Source: Candidatus Zipacnadia bacterium (GTDB lineage: Bacteria; Armatimonadota; Zipacnadia; Zipacnadales; UBA5352). From it: a DNA stretch of 43,551 bases. This document shows positions 40,645-43,551 of this stretch, piece after piece. Both the position numbers and the translations under genes were made by a program. Position 1 is the first letter of the stretch, and every line of letters begins with the position of its first letter. The stretch spans positions 1 through 43,551 of the forward strand of contig JALGTR010000002.1 in assembly GCA_029821265.1 (NCBI GenBank). The letters are read 5' to 3'. The notes beneath the pieces are model-generated. The model saw only the letters and a list, made by a program, of their open reading frames with translations. It had not been told where the DNA came from and made no database searches.

Positions 40645-42011
40645 GAATCTGCTTCATCAACCCGCCACGGCCGTGGCTCGTCAACCCCCACGCGCAAGCG
40701 CCCATCGGCATCCTCTACCTCGCTGCCGCGCTCGAGCGCGCCGGGCATGACGTGCGCATCGTCAACTGCGCTGGGCATCAGCAGGCCAGGCAACTCAACG
40801 TGGCCGATGTCTACTGCATCACCGGCACGTGGCTCGACGTGCCCCAGGTGAATGAGATCGCCGAGTTCCTGAAGGGCACGTTCGGTCGCTGCCGCATCCT
40901 CGTCGGCGGCCCCATCGCACTCTCGCCCGACGAGCTGAGCGACGATATCGACGTGATCGTGAGGGGAGAGGCCGAGGCGGACATCCTGTCCATTGTGGAC
41001 ATGGAGTCCATCCCATGCAGCGGCCTCTACACCTGCGAGCCCCCCGACGACCTCGACGCGCTCCCATTCCCGGCCCGCCACCTCTGGGCGGGGCCGTTTG
41101 GCGGGAACGTGTTCATCGGCGGCGAGAACTATTTCGGCGGCGGCTCGACCACCATCCTCAGCTCGCGGGGCTGCCCCTACGACTGCGCATTCTGCGCGTC
41201 GAGCGCGCTCGCGCCGCGCAAGGTGCGGTTCCGCTCGGCCGAGAGCGTGGTCGAGGAGATGGAGCAGTGCGTCGTCGACTTCGGCGTGCGCCAGTTCCGC
41301 TTCTCCGACGAGAACTTCAACGCATGCCTCCATCGTGTCGAGGCGCTGTGCGATGCGATCATGTCCAGCAAGATCCTCGGCCACGGCGACGGCGTGGCCT
41401 GGCGAGCGTCCATCGCGGTGCGGCCGATCAACGTTGGGACGTTCGACTACATGGCCGACGCCGGCTGCAAGGAGGTCTCCATCGGCGTCGAGTCGGCCGA
41501 CTCCGCGGTGCTCGAACTGATCTGCCCGGCCAAGCTCAAGAGCCCCAACGGCGCGGTCAAAGCGCTCGCCATGGCCACGAGCGCCGGCCTCAAGACCCGT
41601 GCCCTGATGATGGTCGGCACGCCCGGCGAGAACGCGGACACGGCCCGCCTCAACATCGACTTCATGCATGACATCTGTAACACGCTGCCAGGCCCCTGGT
41701 CAACAGAGCGTGCCCTCTGCGACGCGCTCGCGGTGACCGTCTTCACCCCCATGCCTGGCAGCGACATCTACAACCATCCCGAGCGCTACGGCTGTCGCAT
41801 CCGTGGAGCCCAGCCGCCCTCGGCTGGGGAAGCGGACACAGTCGGGGGCGACTGTGCTCCACGCCGCTCCGTTTGCCTCTACGGCCCCGACGGCGCGCAC
41901 GCGCTCGAGCCCACCATCGAACTCGACGACTTCCCCCTCGACGCCCTCCGCCAGTCCATGCGCACCCAAGTCGCCGCGGCCGAGGCCACCGGCAAGATCG
42001 GGAGAGGCTGA
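40641..42011 (+). CDS. B12-binding radical SAM enzyme (class B methyltransferase-like)
   Basis: PIGILYLAA.L, VGGP, VRGEAE, SRGCPYDCAFC (CxxxCxxC), GVES, G.PGE and PMPGS motifs. AAGGAGG SD. Confidence 0.93.
   Translation: MRICFINPPRPWLVNPHAQAPIGILYLAAALERAGHDVRIVNCAGHQQARQLNVADVYCITGTWLDVPQVNEIAEFLKGTFGRCRILVGGPIALSPDELSDDIDVIVRGEAEADILSIVDMESIPCSGLYTCEPPDDLDALPFPARHLWAGPFGGNVFIGGENYFGGGSTTILSSRGCPYDCAFCASSALAPRKVRFRSAESVVEEMEQCVVDFGVRQFRFSDENFNACLHRVEALCDAIMSSKILGHGDGVAWRASIAVRPINVGTFDYMADAGCKEVSIGVESADSAVLELICPAKLKSPNGAVKALAMATSAGLKTRALMMVGTPGENADTARLNIDFMHDICNTLPGPWSTERALCDALAVTVFTPMPGSDIYNHPERYGCRIRGAQPPSAGEADTVGGDCAPRRSVCLYGPDGAHALEPTIELDDFPLDALRQSMRTQVAAAEATGKIGRG
41803..41862 (-). repeat. 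REPIN-like double-hairpin element, copy 3 (inverted, in frame in the radical SAM gene)
   Basis: GTGGAG-CCCAGCCGCCCTCGGCTGGG-GAAGCGGA-CACAGTCGGGGGCGACTGTG-CTCCAC; 60 bp with no stop in frame. Confidence 0.9.
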
Positions 42012-43279
42012 TGCCCAACGCCCCCAAGCCCACCTGGCAATCCCCATGCGGCCGCGCAACGCTCTACCACGGCGACTGCCTGGAGATCATGCCCAGCCTC
42101 CCAGAGGCGAGCGCCGATGCGGTCGTCACCGACCCGCCGTATGGGCTGGGCTTCATGGGCGCGGCGTGGGACCACAGCGTGCCGGGCGTGCCGTTCTGGG
42201 AGGCGGCGTTGCGCGTAGCCAAGCCGGGCGCGCACCTACTCGCGTTCGGCGGCACGCGGACGTTCCATCGCCTGGCCGTGGCCATCGAGGACGCGGGCTG
42301 GGAGTTGCGGGACTGCGTGATGTGGGTCTACGGCACGGGCTTCCCGAAGAGCCACGACGTGAGCAAGGCGATTGACAAGGCCGCGGGCGCGGAGCGGGAG
42401 CAGTGGCAGGGCTGGGGCACCGCGCTCAAGCCGGCATGGGAGCCCATCATCGTGGCCCGCAAGCCGCTCGACGGCACGGTCGCGGCCAACGTGCTCGCAC
42501 ACGGCACGGGCGGCATCAACGTGGACGCGTGCAGGGTGGAGGTGGACGCAGCGGATGCAAAGGCCTGGTCGGGCCGAGCGCAAGCGCCTTCGAGTGTGGG
42601 CATGAAGAACATATCCAGTGAGGTTTATGGTGAGGGCTTCAAGCGCAACTATGCTGGCCCCGAGCGCGGCCGCTGGCCTGCGAATCTGATCCACGACGGC
42701 AGCGACGAGGTCGTGGGGCTGTTTCCGAAGCAGAAGTCGCCAGGCAACTACAAATCAAAGACAACAAGCGTTCCAGGGCAGAACGGGACGATGGGCAAAT
42801 GGCCCACGAAAAAGGAGCGCCATTATGGTCATGGCGACTCCGGCTCCGCGGCCCGCTTCTTCTACTGCGCCAAGGCGAGCAAGGCTGACCGCGACGAGGG
42901 ATGCGAGGGGTTGGAGGAGCATAATTCTCAACGACTTCGGCTTCCTGCACAAGAGTCCATAGATCACGATGGTAGGCCCCATCAGACAAGTGGTGCAGAG
43001 CGATACCGACCCCGCCGCAACACCCATCCCACCGTCAAGCCCACCGCGCTCATGCGCTACCTCTGCCGGCTCGTCACGCCGCCAGGGGGCCTGATCCTCG
43101 ATCCGTTCATGGGCTCGAGCTCGACCGGCAAGGGCGCGGGCCTCGAGGGATTCCGTTTCGTCGGCATCGAACTCGACCCCGAGGACAAGGGCTTCCTCGA
43201 CATCGCCCGCGCCCGCATCACCCACGCCATCGCCCAGCGCACCGCCGACATGCCCGTATCCCAGGAGGCCTCAGGATGA
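42011..43279 (+). CDS. N6/N4 DNA methyltransferase (beta class)
   Basis: GDCLE, VVTDPPY, W.YGTGFPKS, GWGTALKPA.EPI, GRWPAN, HPTVKP and LDPFMGSSSTG motifs. Confidence 0.93.
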   Translation: MPNAPKPTWQSPCGRATLYHGDCLEIMPSLPEASADAVVTDPPYGLGFMGAAWDHSVPGVPFWEAALRVAKPGAHLLAFGGTRTFHRLAVAIEDAGWELRDCVMWVYGTGFPKSHDVSKAIDKAAGAEREQWQGWGTALKPAWEPIIVARKPLDGTVAANVLAHGTGGINVDACRVEVDAADAKAWSGRAQAPSSVGMKNISSEVYGEGFKRNYAGPERGRWPANLIHDGSDEVVGLFPKQKSPGNYKSKTTSVPGQNGTMGKWPTKKERHYGHGDSGSAARFFYCAKASKADRDEGCEGLEEHNSQRLRLPAQESIDHDGRPHQTSGAERYRPRRNTHPTVKPTALMRYLCRLVTPPGGLILDPFMGSSSTGKGAGLEGFRFVGIELDPEDKGFLDIARARITHAIAQRTADMPVSQEASG

Positions 43280-43416
43280 TCACCTGCCACCTCTACGTCT
43301 CAGCCGGTATCGTGGGCAGCGGTAGGCCATTGCGCCTGGTCCCTTGATCCGCTATGCTACCCTCGCCGAGCCACCCCAACTGGCACGCCATTTGAAACCC
43401 CCTCAAAACGGGAATA

Positions 43417-43470
43417 TCGCGACCCACTTATGTCGCTGTTCCTGCCCCGAAAATCGCGCTTGCTCCGACA
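43417..43470 (-). repeat. Right end (attR), terminal CA at 43469-43470
   Basis: Reverse complement TGTCGGAGCAAGCGCGATTTTCGG...ATAAGTGGGTCGCGA aligns with the left end. Confidence 0.8.
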
Positions 43471-43551
43471 GTGTGCGAGCTTGCCATCGACGAGTTCCTC
43501 CGCGCCGCCGTTGAGCGCGATGTTGTCTTGCGCGATGGCAGACGCGGCCAG
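43471..43551 (-). other. Flanking host DNA, probably an interrupted secreted-protein gene
   Basis: Minus strand reads LAASAIAQDNIALNGGAEELVDGKLAH and runs into the phage end. Confidence 0.45.

Overview
The window is one essentially complete, GC-rich, ~43.5 kb Mu-like (transposable) prophage with a predicted non-contractile tail. Its ends are visible: a perfect 15-bp inverted repeat (37-51 / 43417-43431) sits inside longer imperfect terminal repeats. The right end is ...CA at 43470, followed by ~80 bp of host DNA, and the window appears to start 2 bp inside the left end. Gene order: CI-like repressor and Ner/Cro switch; early operon (DUF3102-like, ASCH, MuA-like DDE transposase, HAD nucleotidase, Dam-like MTase, MuB-like ATPase, glutaredoxin, DnaB, PAPS-reductase family, Gam, GemA-like, HTH); putative lysis genes with no recognisable endolysin; HU/IHF; terminases; portal-MuF; protease/scaffold; capsid; an initiator-like tRNA-Met(CAT); neck; tail tube; tape measure; tail hub; and a terminal N6/N4 DNA MTase. 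The most striking feature is a candidate virion O-glycosylation system in the late operon. It comprises four glycosyltransferases (one with polypeptide GalNAc-transferase-like motifs), three SAM methyltransferases and a B12 radical SAM enzyme, in two blocks around a tail protein with two long mucin-like Gly-Ser/Thr repeat tracts. Also seen: an A10 slippery tract linking portal and MuF, a nested scaffold start, and three REPIN-like double hairpins, one inserted in frame in the radical SAM gene. All product calls come from motif recognition and synteny by eye, not from database searches.
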